Below are positions 24,921 through 37,488 of a DNA stretch of 64,000 nucleotides, piece by piece. The notes beneath the pieces were generated by a model. It was not told the origin of the DNA. It saw only the letters and a program-made list of their open reading frames with translations, and searched no databases. Source of the stretch: Chara braunii (Eukaryota; Plantae; Charophyceae); NCBI GenBank assembly GCA_003427395.1, contig BFEA01000045.1, forward strand, positions 1,811,522 through 1,875,521, in the 5' to 3' direction. A program made the position numbers and the translations under genes. The stretch's first letter is position 1. Each line of letters opens with the position of its first letter.

Positions 24921-26789
24921 GGGTCTGATTCTTACAAAATAATGAAAGAAGGTCTCCAGGGTGGGCCATCCTATTTGCTCGCTGGAATCTACGGTTGACT
25001 AACAAAGTAGGTAATCACATTTCTACTCTTCCTTTCCTGACTTATTTACCCCTAGACAATCCGATTACCAGACCGGTAGTAGGGAGGCTTCTGTAGGTGT
25101 CATCATATTACTTGTCTAACGGCTGGACTACTCATTACCCGAGGAAAGTAGTAGAGGGGTCTCTGTTGGGGTCTGTCTATTACCTACTTGATTCTATATT
25201 AACTTACGAGAAGGGTACTCCTCTAGGAATACCCTAAACACTCGTCATCTGCCCAAACTAACCGGGTCTCAGGGCGGTCGACTTTGGAAGGGTAGTAGGG
25301 TACCCGTGTTAGGATTATCCTAATGTTCTCATGAAGAGGACCTTGTCACGTGATAAAAGGGGCTCTTTTGCGTGTCGCCTATTATTCATGCAGACCGTTA
25401 TTAACTTGTGGGAGGATACCGACAACCGGATCTTTCAGAAAGATACCTAAACCAAGTAGTAGAGTATTTATATAGAAGCCTCAACTATTTGCTGTAGGAA
25501 GGATGCTCATGTGGGAGTTATCCTGCTACTCTGATTAGATCAAGTGGGGCTAAAAGGGGAGATAAATATTCATGTGCGATTTACTCACCTGTCTGTTCGA
25601 CTAACGAATTGCTTGGTATTGGCCAAGTAGCAGAAGATTCATGTCTGAATCGATCTACTACTTGAGTGTGACAGGACAAATTGAAGAGAAAGGAACGAAC
25701 AATGCTCCTGTTGGAGCAAGGTCTTCACGTATCCGGAAAGGGAAAGAAGGAAAGAAGATAGGACCGCGGAAAAAAGAATATTGGTAGAAAAAGAACCACC
25801 GCGTAGTTTATAGCTGTCCATGGCTTTCGGATGGAAGGTCACGACGATGAATGAATTATATCTCGTCTATATAAGCGCCAAACGGTGCGCTTATTTCCAA
25901 GAGAGAAAATGCAAGGACTGAGAGTAGGGGAAATATGAGGTTCCTTAAGACGACTTAGGACACAGGCATGAGACGCCTTTAGAGAAAGGAGAAAGTAACA
26001 GACGGGTTAGGGTAGGGTTGTGAGGGTAAGACTAGGGATTAGACCTGGGATGTCGATCCCAGAGTTCACTACCCATGTCTAAGGGCTCGACCGTTAGATA
26101 TCAATATGTGAGTAATCAAGTGGGGGTGCTGAATCTTTGTTGATCTGTGTGTGCAGGTCCCTGATTATCTATTGCATTTGAAGAAAAAAGGTTCTACAGA
26201 AAGGACCAAGTTTTCTGTTATCTCTCGATAACGGGTCGGTTGTTACCGATTCAACTTTTCCCTTGGACTTGATACCCACCTCTAAAGTCAAACCCTGTGG
26301 TCAGTAAAACTGTCACCTGTGATCATTGCCTAAAAGGTCCTGGTCACTCTCAAGGGTCCTTAGAAGAAATGTGAGGGGGCTGGGCTTACGTTTCAGGAAA
26401 GATAGGGCGGTCATACATGGTTTGGGAAGTGAGGGACAAGGTCAATGGGTGATGGTTGACTCCGTTAGTGCATGGTATGTGAACTGTCTTTGTATTATTC
26501 TGTGCAAGTCTGTTTTGTGCGTGATTTTTGATTGAAATGGAGTTGGTCTGTTGAAGAGTCTCGGACACACAACACGTGAAAGTGGGAAGGGTTCTCGGCG
26601 GTAATACTTTCATATTCATCAAACGCCCAATTTAACTTCTATATATTTTGATGTTTAGTTTAGTTGTAACCTGTTAAGAAAGATAGGATGCTCTATGGTA
26701 GAAAGATGGTTTCATTGATGTTTAGCGAAAAAACGATACATTACGCAATAGCGAAAATAAACTGCCCTTTAAAAGTTTGACATGAATAT

Positions 26790-27170
26790 CTAACGGGTCA
26801 ATTCTAGGCGTTTTACTGCGCGTACCCCATTTTATGCTACAGCGATCGAGCAAACGCCCTCGACTGACCTACCTCTACAAAGGCATGTAAAAGCCTTCAC
26901 ATGTTGGCCGGTAGCTCAGTAGGCATTCGCCTACCTGAGGGTTGTGACAGCCCCTCGGGTAGAGGTAAGTTGTACCTCGCGGCTCCCCGATCTGTCGTGG
27001 GGTGTCGTGAGAGGTATAACATGTGCGCACGGTCGGAGTGGTGATTGGTTATTTTTCAGGAATACATCCTGCGTGACACGACCGTGAGGTTCTGCGCTCC
27101 CGGTAGGGTGTGGAACCGCCGCGCACGAAAGGTGGCGCCGTTGCTGGGGACCTTCGGTTGCCTGTCGGGG
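26790..27170 (+). ncRNA. conserved structured RNA element (copy B) with embedded AG|GTAAGT
   Basis: Homology and covariation with 7341-7690 (minus); stems tacctctac/gtagaggta, gtaggc/gcctac, gttgtacctc/gaggtataac, cggtcg/cgaccg. Confidence 0.7.
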
Positions 27171-27657
27171 TTCTATGTGAACGAAACTGGGTCTGGTTAA
27201 TTGAAGCCCTAGCAAAACGACAAGTAAAAGGGGATAGGTAGTGTATAAGTATTCATCAGGTAATAGGAATAAAAGTAATTGCTAATACGGGCTTTGTGTT
27301 AGAGAGAGGTACCTTGAGACAGGACGAAGTAAAATTGAGCATACCCTGTATAACATCACGAGAAGTTTTGATTTCGACAACTAACAAGTTATCTGCTCCT
27401 TTTGACTATTAAAGAGAGAGATTCAAGAGATTTTATTACAAAAGTGCCAGGTTATGTAATAAAATGTAACAAGTCTCAACGAGTTCCTTCTGGTTAGGAT
27501 AATACATTCTAACTCTCAAGGATTATTAGGCATATAGCCCGTACAACACAATCATTTTTTGAGATTCCCAAGAAACCTTAAGTATTCTGAGAGAAGATGT
27601 CACCCTATCACTAAATAGCTAAACGTTTGGGGTGCTTCTTCAAGAGGAACTTTAGCA

Positions 27658-28122
27658 ATGCCTCGTGGGCCGGGGCCTGGTAGAGGAAGAGGTGGACGAC
27701 AAGGGAAAGCGGCGGAGAGACCAATTGATTTGACAAGGGAAAGAGAAGAGCGAGAGGAAGAAGAGGAGGAGGAGGAAAAATGGGAAGGGGTGCGTTTGCG
27801 CCGGCGTATGGAAGATTTTCGTGAGCACAGACCATCCCCTGAAAAGATGGCGTATTATTCCTATAAGTATAAACAACACTGTGGCGCTCCGCCACCACGG
27901 TTTGAGCTACTTTCTTCTCGTTCGTATTCTGTGCCATCTTCTTCCATGGCACGCCGCCCTCAACAGATGGCTATAATTTCTCAACCACCTCAGCCTGCCT
28001 TTCCTCCTCCGCACCATATGTGCTCGATCCGCCGGTGGTATCTCAGAGCGTGTCAGCAAACCATCGGTTGTGTGTCACCATGGCGTTGTTCTTTCTATGT
28101 CAGGTTGAGATATGCGGATTGA
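27658..28122 (+). CDS. first accessory ORF of the retroelement, acidic/Pro-rich, unknown function
   Basis: 154-aa ORF from ATG, sense to gag-pol; probably truncated. Confidence 0.4.
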   Translation: MPRGPGPGRGRGGRQGKAAERPIDLTREREEREEEEEEEEKWEGVRLRRRMEDFREHRPSPEKMAYYSYKYKQHCGAPPPRFELLSSRSYSVPSSSMARRPQQMAIISQPPQPAFPPPHHMCSIRRWYLRACQQTIGCVSPWRCSFYVRLRYAD

Positions 28123-28526
28123 TCTCCTACCTGATATATAAGGGGATTATCTGAGGACTGCCTCTAGGGAGGGAGTAAAGGTGCAACAAGGCTAAGGGTT
28201 TTCTCTCATTACTTATTGAGAATGATGGTCGAGGGAATCCGCTTAAGAGGGAAAAGGGGAAGATATCTAGACTGGGGGGAATATAATTTGGATTGTTATG
28301 ATCCGTGCTTAGATCGGGCAAAAATGAGCTAAAGAGTCTAGAAGTGTACCTGAGGAATATAGGGGGAAAATGTAGTAAGGGTATCCCTATTAATAATGGA
28401 GAAAGAATAATTTCTCCATAGTAAGGGCACCAAAAGTTAATAATTAAGACAGTACGTTAATTGGTCGCTCCTGTCTTGACATTTGTGAAAACAGGTCATT
28501 ATAGGGGTGATCCGCATTCAATCAAG

Positions 28527-29312
28527 ATGCCTTACGCAGAGCAAGTTTCGAGGGTCGAAGCACCTGTGAAAAACAATAATGGGCTAGAAATGACACTGCC
28601 AAAAGGAAAAAACAGAGCGGATCTTGGTGAATCATGGTGGGGCAGCTTGTTAGGAAACGAGGCATTTATGTGGATAGAAACGAGTTGGAGTTTAGTGGAG
28701 GAATGGCGTAGTGTGAGAGTCACTCTCTACCTGGCTACCCGTCTCTGAAATCATTATGAATTGAGCCACGGTCAAGGAGAAGAAGAATATATAATTCTAC
28801 TTACAGAAAGGGCAGAGGCGAAACTCAACGTCTGGAGCCGGGAAGGTCCGTGGAGGGATATAAGAGGAGTTCTAAAGGAAATCAGAATGCTTCCGGCCAA
28901 AGATTTTACTCTTCCGATCCGTTACATTAGAGCCACCCTCTCAGATTTTATTGTCAATGAGGTGTTTTCTGGTCAAGAAAGAGTGGAAATGGCTGCTGAA
29001 GCAGCGTCGAAAGTACCTAATAGAGGATATGATTTCTCCACCCCTCATATGATATACTGCCTTTATCTGGAGATGAATTCCGAACTCACTGGAAGCGATT
29101 TTAACAATATACTGTCCATCGTAAACACGTACGCTAAAGTCTATTTTATGGAAAAAAAATTTGGGTACTGGGAAAAATTGAAGGAGGAAGTCCGCTCTGG
29201 GATCTGCGTGGATGGTATTCCCATCATGTTTCTGTTAGTCTATAACTTCTGGTCTGGGGACCGGGTGACGGTAAAAGAAATGGAAGAGGAAGAGAGAGCG
29301 TTTATGTTCTAA
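28527..29312 (+). pseudogene. accessory ORF X1 (~260 aa, one in-frame stop)
   Basis: Same frame across the stop at 28746; acceptor CAG at 28494; clear paralogue of X2. Confidence 0.75.
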
Positions 29313-29582
29313 AGGATTATGGGATGGAACGCTGAGACATGAATGGTGAGAAGAGAAGGTGAAGGAAGACGCTGCCTGCTTGAAGGGAGAAAAAAATGCG
29401 ATGAAGAAGGGAAAAGGATGTAATGAGAGGGCAGAGGAAAAACTCCTGAGTAGGATTAAGATAAAGGGAAGAAAACTTAAAATAAGGAGGCATGTCGTCA
29501 CAAAATAGGACTTATGTATAAATATTGTGTGTTTTTTGTCTCTTTCTTCTGCACTACGCACGCCGCCAGAAATTCACGCAAG

Positions 29583-30311
29583 ATATCGTATGCCACTCAG
29601 GGAGTTGGGGTTGACCTACCTTTTCGTGTCAGGCAAGGTTTAAGGATGTCATTACCTCAAGGGCTAAGCACGAGAGAGGAAGAAATCACCACATGGTGGG
29701 GAGCCCAGATTGGGCCAGAGACATTTGTATGGGTAGAAATCGGGGACACTCCTTACAGATAGACTATAATAGTTCGAGCAACCCTGTATCTCTCATCACA
29801 CTTATGGAGGATGCACGACGTGGATTTGGCAGTAGGACACAGTCAACCACTGTCCAGGTATCTCCTGACTATGGGAGCAATCCTTGAGGACGAAATTCGA
29901 GAGGAAAGATGGGGGGAGTTCCGACCACTTATACCGATGATAGAAGCAAGATGGACATCAAATTTTGTTTATACCACCCGCTACGTAAAGGCTGTCCTTC
30001 ATGACTTCATCGTTAATGATGTCTTTCACAGCCAGGCTAATGTAGGGCAAGCAGCCCTGGCCGCCATAGCCGTGCCTCTGGGAGGATACGAGTTTTTTAC
30101 GCCCCATGTTCTTTATTGTCTGTATTTAGAGATGGGACCAGATTTGGTTAACAAAAATTTTGAGGAAGTTCTGTCCACGGTAGATGCGTATGTTCGTTTC
30201 CACCATATGGAGTCGAGGCAGACCTATTGGAAGAAACTTAAGGCCGAAATGAAAATCAGAGCATGCGTTTTTGGTATTCCTATAATGTTCGGTACGGTGT
30301 ATGATTCCTGA
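29583..30311 (+). pseudogene. accessory ORF X2 (paralogue of X1; start codon decayed to ATA)
   Basis: RYVKAVLHDFIVNDVF..YEFFTPHVLYCLYLEM..YWKKLK..GIPIMF vs X1 RYIRATLSDFIVNEVF..YDFSTPHMIYCLYLEM..YWEKLK..GIPIMF; strong pyrimidine tract plus AG at 29569. Confidence 0.75.
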
Positions 30312-30687
30312 ACGGGAGATTGGTTATCTGCAGAAGAAATTGGAAGGGTAGGTTGGTAAGCAATCTTAGAATTAGAAAATATATAATCAAGACCATTTTT
30401 GATATATCAATCATCTCAGTAGATGGTAGGGGTAGTAATTGGGGATCGCGAAAATATGGGAATTAGTGTATACTAGTTAATGTCAAGGGAGAGGGTGAAA
30501 TGAGAGTAACAGGGGAGGAAATGTAAGATAGTTAGAACCTTGGGCTGGACAGGGTTTAGATAGCACCTTGGGAAGGGTAAAACACCCAAGGCCAAAAACT
30601 AAAAAGAAAAGTAAGAGAGCTGAGAGGTAATCTAAAAACCCGTCGTCTCTACATGTGTATGACAGATTGATTGAGGACTGTGGAAAG

Positions 30688-33600
30688 ATGGGAGACGCCG
30701 ATGGAGGACAGGGTTCCATTACAGCCGCAGAGATCGTGCGGCTACATGAGAGTAGAGCAATCAAAAGGTCGCAACTGCCAAAAATAGAAATATTCCCTTT
30801 TCAAGGAGAACGGGTGTCCCACTGGTTAGAATTACTCGAACAGGTCTTCAATCAACTAACATCGGCTGAGAAGTTTGCTCAATTGTATGAGTACGTATGG
30901 TGGGAGTGCCGCCCGGAAGCCGAAAAGATCGTTACAGAAGCCCAAGGGAGTTGGATTGAATTCAAGAAGGGAATGCAACGGAAATACAAGTTAGGGGATA
31001 GATTGCTAACTGTCGACCATCTGTACAATTTGAATAAAAATGATCTTAGTACAATAGGGACGTTCGCGACGACTTTTGAAAAGATGGCAGAGAGAGTCCT
31101 GGGACTTTCCGAGGAAATGCAGTGTGTCATTTTCCTGGGGAAGTTCTCAGGAGATGAGGCGATGAAAGTAACACGAGGAGGTGCGCCAGGAAGAAAGACG
31201 TCTTGGGAAACGATAAAGAGGAATTTGGCATCCGGCGATTTGGACCAGGTGTTCCACCATCAGGTGAAAATGAAAAGGTAGAAAAGGAAGGAGGTAAGCG
31301 CAATTCAGGGGGCAGATCTAGCCTTAGGAGGAGTCTTGAGCAGCATGACGGCTCAACTAAAGGAAATGAAGGAGCAAATGACGCCAGGGAAGATAATGGC
31401 GGTTGGTCAAGCAACGAACAAAAGGAGATATGAGGAAGAGAATGAAGAAGACAAGGAAGAAAAGGAAGATGAGCCGGACCAGGTAACCAAGGCAAAAGTA
31501 GCCCAGAAGAAGACCAAGAACCAACCAACGAGAAAACAAGGAACTGATAAAACACAGGGCTCTCAACAGACTGGTGTGTCCGGCGTCACAGAAGCACATG
31601 CCCCCACTGCCCAAGTCACCCCATGGCCAGTTGTGGCTCCTATGGGGGCATGGCCAGGATTTTTTCCAGGGAATCAATGATCGGGGTTTGGACAGATAGG
31701 CCTGTATCCGAATCTGCCCCAAATGCAAGGGCCAGGAGGGAACACAGGTCAGACACAAGGACGAGGAAAGAGTGGAGAATTGTCGCAGCCAGCTCAGCAG
31801 ACGCGCGGTAATAAAAACCAGAATCAGTTTCAAGGACAAGGACACGGACAAAGACAAAGTAGAGGTAGAATCGGAGGAAGAGGAAATGATCAAGGGGGAA
31901 GAGGGTTTGGAGGAAGAGGACATGGCGGACAAGGAGGGGGCTGGGGCAATCAGGGAGACCCTCAGTCAAGGAATTATAATCAAGTGAGCTTTAACCAAGT
32001 CGGTCAAGGATACAACCAAGGGTATGGTCAGGGCTATGGTCAAGGCTATAACCAAAACTATGGCCGAGGGTTTGGTAGGAGTGATGGACAGTGGAATGCT
32101 CAGGGCTACGAACGAGGTTGGATAGATTGCAGTGAGTGCACCTGTACCTACTGTCAAATCAAGGGGTATACCGTGAAGAGATGCCCTATTAGAAAGATGG
32201 ACGAACAGGATGGGGTAATTACGTCAAACATAGACGGGGATGTGTATGATAAGCGAGGCACTCTTATTGACCCAAACATCCCTGGAGGCACAAGAAAGGA
32301 GGCGCTAAGGGTTGCAGGGTTAGGACCGAGTGTCCCCGCTATGTTTTGAATCTGGCAAGAAAAGGGAGACCCCTTTATTAAGGTAGAAGATGTGACCGAG
32401 TAAGGAGAAAAGATGAAGAAATGACTAAAGATAGGCCAGAAAGAAGAGGAAGCTCCGTTGATCGAGCTTGAACCAAGAGAGGACGAAGTAGTTAGGGAGT
32501 GAGCAAAAGACACCATAGAGAGAATGAAAGACCTGATAGATAAGATAAGAAGACTGAATATCCGAATGATGGGTATATGTGAAGACGTCAAAATTATGGA
32601 GTTAAGAGCCCCGCATGTATTTACTATGGGTCAGGGAAGTGGGAAAGAAAGACCCCGAGAACCCAATCCAAGGGCGCTAAGGGCAAGTTTAGCGGCAAGA
32701 CCCGAGGCAGCTTACCAAACCCTTAGGAGTTTTGTGCCATATACTGCTTGGCGGACTAAAGGAAGCAATGCAACTAAGGAACAGAAGCAGGCTCCGCCTC
32801 CTCCTCCTGGTGAACCCTCTATTGACATAGGCGAAGAGGAAGAGGATCAGGATGAACAACTGAGAGAAGAGAAGGATAAGCGCGCTGAGCAGTGGGCCAA
32901 GAAACGGAAGCAGGGAAGTAAGGAAGAAAAAAAGAAGGTAAAAAAAAAGTCCAAGAAAAAGTGGAAGTATCTGACATCTATTGAAGAGGGGGTAGATCTC
33001 GAGAATTTGGTGAACAAACTTCTCGACGGATATACCGAGCTGCTAAATTTAAAAGAGATTTTGGCAACGGCACCAAAGCTTAGAGAACTAGTTAAAGCAA
33101 AACTGGCACGAAAGATAGTGGCAACGGTGAGGTTAGGGGATTTGATTCCTAAAGAGGCGAACTGGACCATCGCAGGGAGCAAAATGGATTGGAAGTCCAT
33201 TGGGACTGGTTCTATTGAGGTTAATATTAGAGGAAGGGGATGCCCTGGAATAGTAGATACCGGGGCGGGAATGAATATTATGAAATCAGAGACGACTGAG
33301 AGATTGGGATTAGAAGTTGATAAGAGCGACTTCGGATTCCTCAATGGAGTTAGTGAGAAGTCAGGCTATACAGGTGTTGCCTCAAACGTCATCGTGAAAG
33401 TAGGGCGGATTAAGGTCCGTTCCTGCTTCTACATCATGCCGAGTCTGAGTCTTCCCATATTATTGGGGAGGTCCTTCCTGTCGAGATCAGAAACTCTCAT
33501 CATGAATGAGCATGATGAGACTATGTACGTAATATTGTGCGACCCCGTGTGTTGGAATTTCGAAGTACTTACATGTAAGAATACGGGTCCCCACTGTTCA

Positions 33601-33957
33601 AAGAATCGCCTCAACGCAGGATCCTATACGTTTGAAGAGTTTGAGGACAGAAGAAGGGAATTATAGTGGGGATCAGGCGAGGAAGAAGAAGAGGAAGAGG
33701 ATGAGAGACTGGTTCTGAGCTTGGCAAATATAGACCAGACAATGTGCATGGTCTCAGCTTATGAGATGGCCGACCAAGAAACCATCATGGCTTTGGTTGA
33801 CAGATTGGGCGAATATCCCGAAGGAGGTAGGATGGACTTAGTATATACACCACCCTCGCGAGATGTAAAAATGCAGGGAGAATATACCCAATCAAGCGGT
33901 CAGCATTTTTTAGGGGTGGGCTCAGGCAAGAAGGCAAAAGGAGGTACAAAACAGTAG
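30688..33957 (+). pseudogene. gag-protease polyprotein (single frame, several premature stops)
   Basis: Capsid-like FPFQGERVSHWLELLEQ, Gly/Gln-rich tract, knuckle CTYCQIKGYTVKRC, protease IVDTGAGMNIM..ILLGRSFL. Confidence 0.9.
33906..33912 (+). promoter_or_regulatory. putative -1 ribosomal frameshift heptamer T TTT TTA
   Basis: Correctly phased in the gag-PR frame; the -1 frame reads RGGLRQEGKRRYKTVDKKSRPVP into RT. Confidence 0.7.
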
Positions 33958-36900
33958 ACAAAAAGAGTCGTCCAGTCCCAGTATTAGTAACACACGAAGA
34001 GAGTGTGTACTATGAGCAGGAGAGAAAACTGATAAGACAAATGAGAGAAAAGTGGGAAGAAGAAGCCTGTCGCATCGACGAAGAAACGGAAAAGGAGCTG
34101 ATCATTGAGGAGCCCGGCTTTCTGACAAAGCAGGAAAGAGCATTGGTAATAAGTTTAATGAAAGAAAAACATTGCGCCTATGCCTTTAATGATTAGCAGA
34201 GAGGGAGGTTAGATGTGGACAAGGTAGGTATGATCCGGATCCATACAGTCTCGCACCAGCCGTGGAATATTAGAGGAGCCAGGTACCCGAATCCTGATGA
34301 TAAGAGAAGAGTGGTGGAATACCTCGATAGAAAGATTGACTCGCACGTGGCAGGATTTTATAGTGGGTCATATGCTTCACCATGGTGCTGCTTTATTAAA
34401 CCAAATGGGGTATTCAGGTGGGTGTAGGACTTGCAGAGACTAAATGCCGTGACTGTTAGGGATGCTGAAGGGCTCCCTAACGCCGATCAGCTTTCCGAAG
34501 CATGTGCAGGGAGGTCTATTATTTCTCTTTTAAACCTCTACTCTGGTTATGACCAATTTTCAGTTTATCCGGCTGATAGCCCGATAACTGCGATGCACAC
34601 TCCTAGGGGACTGATCCACATGAACGTAGCACCGCAAGGGTGGATTAATGCGGTAGTCATGGTCCAGAGGAGTATGATCAGGGTAATGCACCCGATTAGT
34701 CCACAGATCACCGAGCCCTATATCAACGATCTTGCAGTGAAAGGGCCGACGATAAAAAAATGAATAAGAGGTTGCGCCTGACATTCGAAAGTTCGTCTGG
34801 GATCATGTCAATGATCTCAGGAAGGTGCTTAATCTCCTGCAAGAGCACAACCTCACGGCAAGTGGCGCTAAATCCAGGCACTGGATGAGGGAGACAACTA
34901 TTCTCGGGTTTGTGTGTAATGAGCAGGGTTGTCGTCCGGATTCCAAAAAAACAAACAAAATTCTTGAGTGGCCGACACCATTCAAGAATATAGGTCAGGT
35001 GAGGTGTTTTCTTGAGACATGTGGGTTCTGGAGGATATTTATTAAGAGGTTCGCCGCTAAGACTGAGCACGTAAGGAAATTGGTAAGGAAGAATCAGGAA
35101 TGAGAGTGGGGAGAAAAGCAGGAGCAGGTGGTGAGAAATTTAAAAAAGGAATTTGAGGAAGAAGGTCTGGTACTTGGGGTTCTGGACTACGAAGCAATCT
35201 TAGAACGTCCCTTCATAATAGAAACCGATGCCGGACCCACTGCCTTGAGAGGAGTCTTGATACATGTGGATCATGAGGGTAAGGAAAGACCGTTGCGCTT
35301 TGAGAGTTGAACTCTCAAGTCAACTGAGAGGAACTACTCCCAATTCAAGAAGGAGGCCTTGGCGGTTTTACACTGCCTACGGATCTTCAGACGTTATCTC
35401 TTTCGGAGAAGATTCATTCTAAGGGTAGATCCAACCGCCGTCATGTATTCCCTTAGGAACTTCTCTCCAGCTGATCCTACAGTTGCCAGGTGGCTCACCT
35501 ACATCTGGATGTTTGATTTTCAGTTGGAGCACATTCTAGGGAATAAGAACAGAGCGGATGGGTTGAGCAGGATAGAGTGGGAGAAGCCTGGAGAAGCTAA
35601 GGAGGAGGCGCCGCCGGTAGACGGATTCTTAGAAGAAGACGATATGCAGCTCCACGTTAACGCGTGGGCTCTGAGAATCGATAACAATGAGGCAAGAGAT
35701 GGAAAACCTATGTGGTTCGCACCAACGACTTTTATGAAGGATGGAAGGTTGGTATTAAAGCCTTTCGTAGAAGAGGACCCATGGGGAGAAAGGAATGGGG
35801 AATGGATGGCGGAGTTAGCCTTGGCTGAAAGCTACAGGTTGACGGACGAACCTGTTCCAATTGAGGCAGGGACAGGGCAAGTGGATCGGCATTTATTGAC
35901 AGTGGGGAGAGTACATTACCTTGTGAACTCTCTCCTGCAAGTCCGGACCGGAGAAGAAAGAGGAACAGTAAAGGCGGATGAGATAGTATTAGGAGATGAA
36001 CCAGAGTTTGATGAGGAAATGGAGGGAGAAGAATTTGAGCAAGGTGAAATCTCTGAAGATTTTCGGGAAGAAGAGTACGATGGGTTTCATCTAGAAATGG
36101 GGCTTCTTCTTTCAGGCGACAAGCGAGAAAGGGAAGTTGGTGAGAAAACTCTCCGCATGAGGGACCATTATGTAGTGAGGGGTGACCATCTCTTCATCAG
36201 GGATGAAAGAGGACGTCCTAGAAGGGTTAACTATGGCAGGAATCGGCAGATTGATGTTATAGCGACCTTCCATGATGGACCTGTTGGTGGTCACAGGGGT
36301 TTTGCCGCTACCCTCAAGAAAGTGACTGAAGTGTACTTTTGGAAAAACATGTACGGGATGGTTAGAAAGTACTGTGAGTCATGTGTGTCGTGCAAGGTCA
36401 GATTGCCGATCAGGTATAAGGAGCCTCTTCATCCGAGGTATATCAAGGATGTGGGGGCAGTAGTTCACCTGGACCTGCTGGCAATGCCGCCGGGACTTGG
36501 GGTTTACAACTACATCTTTGATGCTAGAGACAATCTCACGGGATTTGTTGATGGGAAGACCATCCGGACCAAGACTGGGGCAGTCTTGGCTTAGTGCATC
36601 AAATAGTATTACCTCCGGTATCCCTTCGTGGTGGAATTCACGATGGATAGAGGGTTGAAATTCACATGTGGGGAGGTTAAGGAATTGTTGGATGATCTTG
36701 GAGTGATCGCCAAGTACACCACCAGGGCACATCCTCAGGTTAATGCACCAGTAGAAAGAGGGCACAACACCATAACGAATTTGCTGGCAAAATGGAGAGT
36801 TGGAAACCTAATTTGTGGCCTAAGTTCCTACGGACGGTATTCTTCGTCGAAAATATCACAGTCAGAAGAACCACATGGTATGCTCCTGCGACCGTATGGT

Positions 36901-37334
36901 ATGGGAGACACGCCACCTTTCCAATAGAAAGTTTCCTGAAGACCTGGCGGAGACAGGATCTTGAAAACGACCTGCCACTTGAAGATTAACTTGACATCCG
37001 CGCCAAACAGGTCAGTGTCACAGAGGAAAGGATTCAAGAAGCGGTCGAGAAAGTGGCTAACAGTCGGGGGAAAAACAAGGAAAGATGGGATCGGCTTCCT
37101 CGCATACGAACTGAACCATTGGCAATCGGGGACGTAGTACGGTTGTATGACTCATCCCTGGAGAAACAATGCTCAAGGAAGTTGGATAAGAGATGGTTGG
37201 GGCCATACAAGGTTCAACGTCAGGGGAATCATGGGGCATATGAGCTGGAGGAAATGGATGGAACGCCAAGGCGAGACTGGGTTTCTGGATCCAGGTTGAA
37301 GAAATTCAGAACAAGAAATGAGGTGAATCAATAA
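33911..37334 (+). pseudogene. pol: reverse transcriptase, RNase H, integrase (disrupted)
   Basis: DLQRLNAVT, LNLYSGYDQF, PQGW.NA, YINDL (YxDD decayed), IETDAG, NKNRADGLSR, HHCC zinc finger H..GGHRG..CESCVSC, integrase core VHLDL/TMDRG/PVERGH. Confidence 0.95.
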
Positions 37335-37488
37335 CTTGAAGATTGGTTAATTCGATCCTCCTCAAAACCCCTTGTGATTGCATAATTTGCAAACCTGATA
37401 TCGTTACCCGGCTGCTAACTCCCCATTGCACCTGCCACTCTCTTCGTTCTTTTCTGTATGCAGCCTTAATCCAGTAAAAGGAGTGGCG

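Noticed and set aside
26909-26990. tRNA gene from the A-box-like GGTAGCTCAGTAGG
   Set aside because: No T-arm GTTCRA or cloverleaf downstream; it is part of the larger structured element
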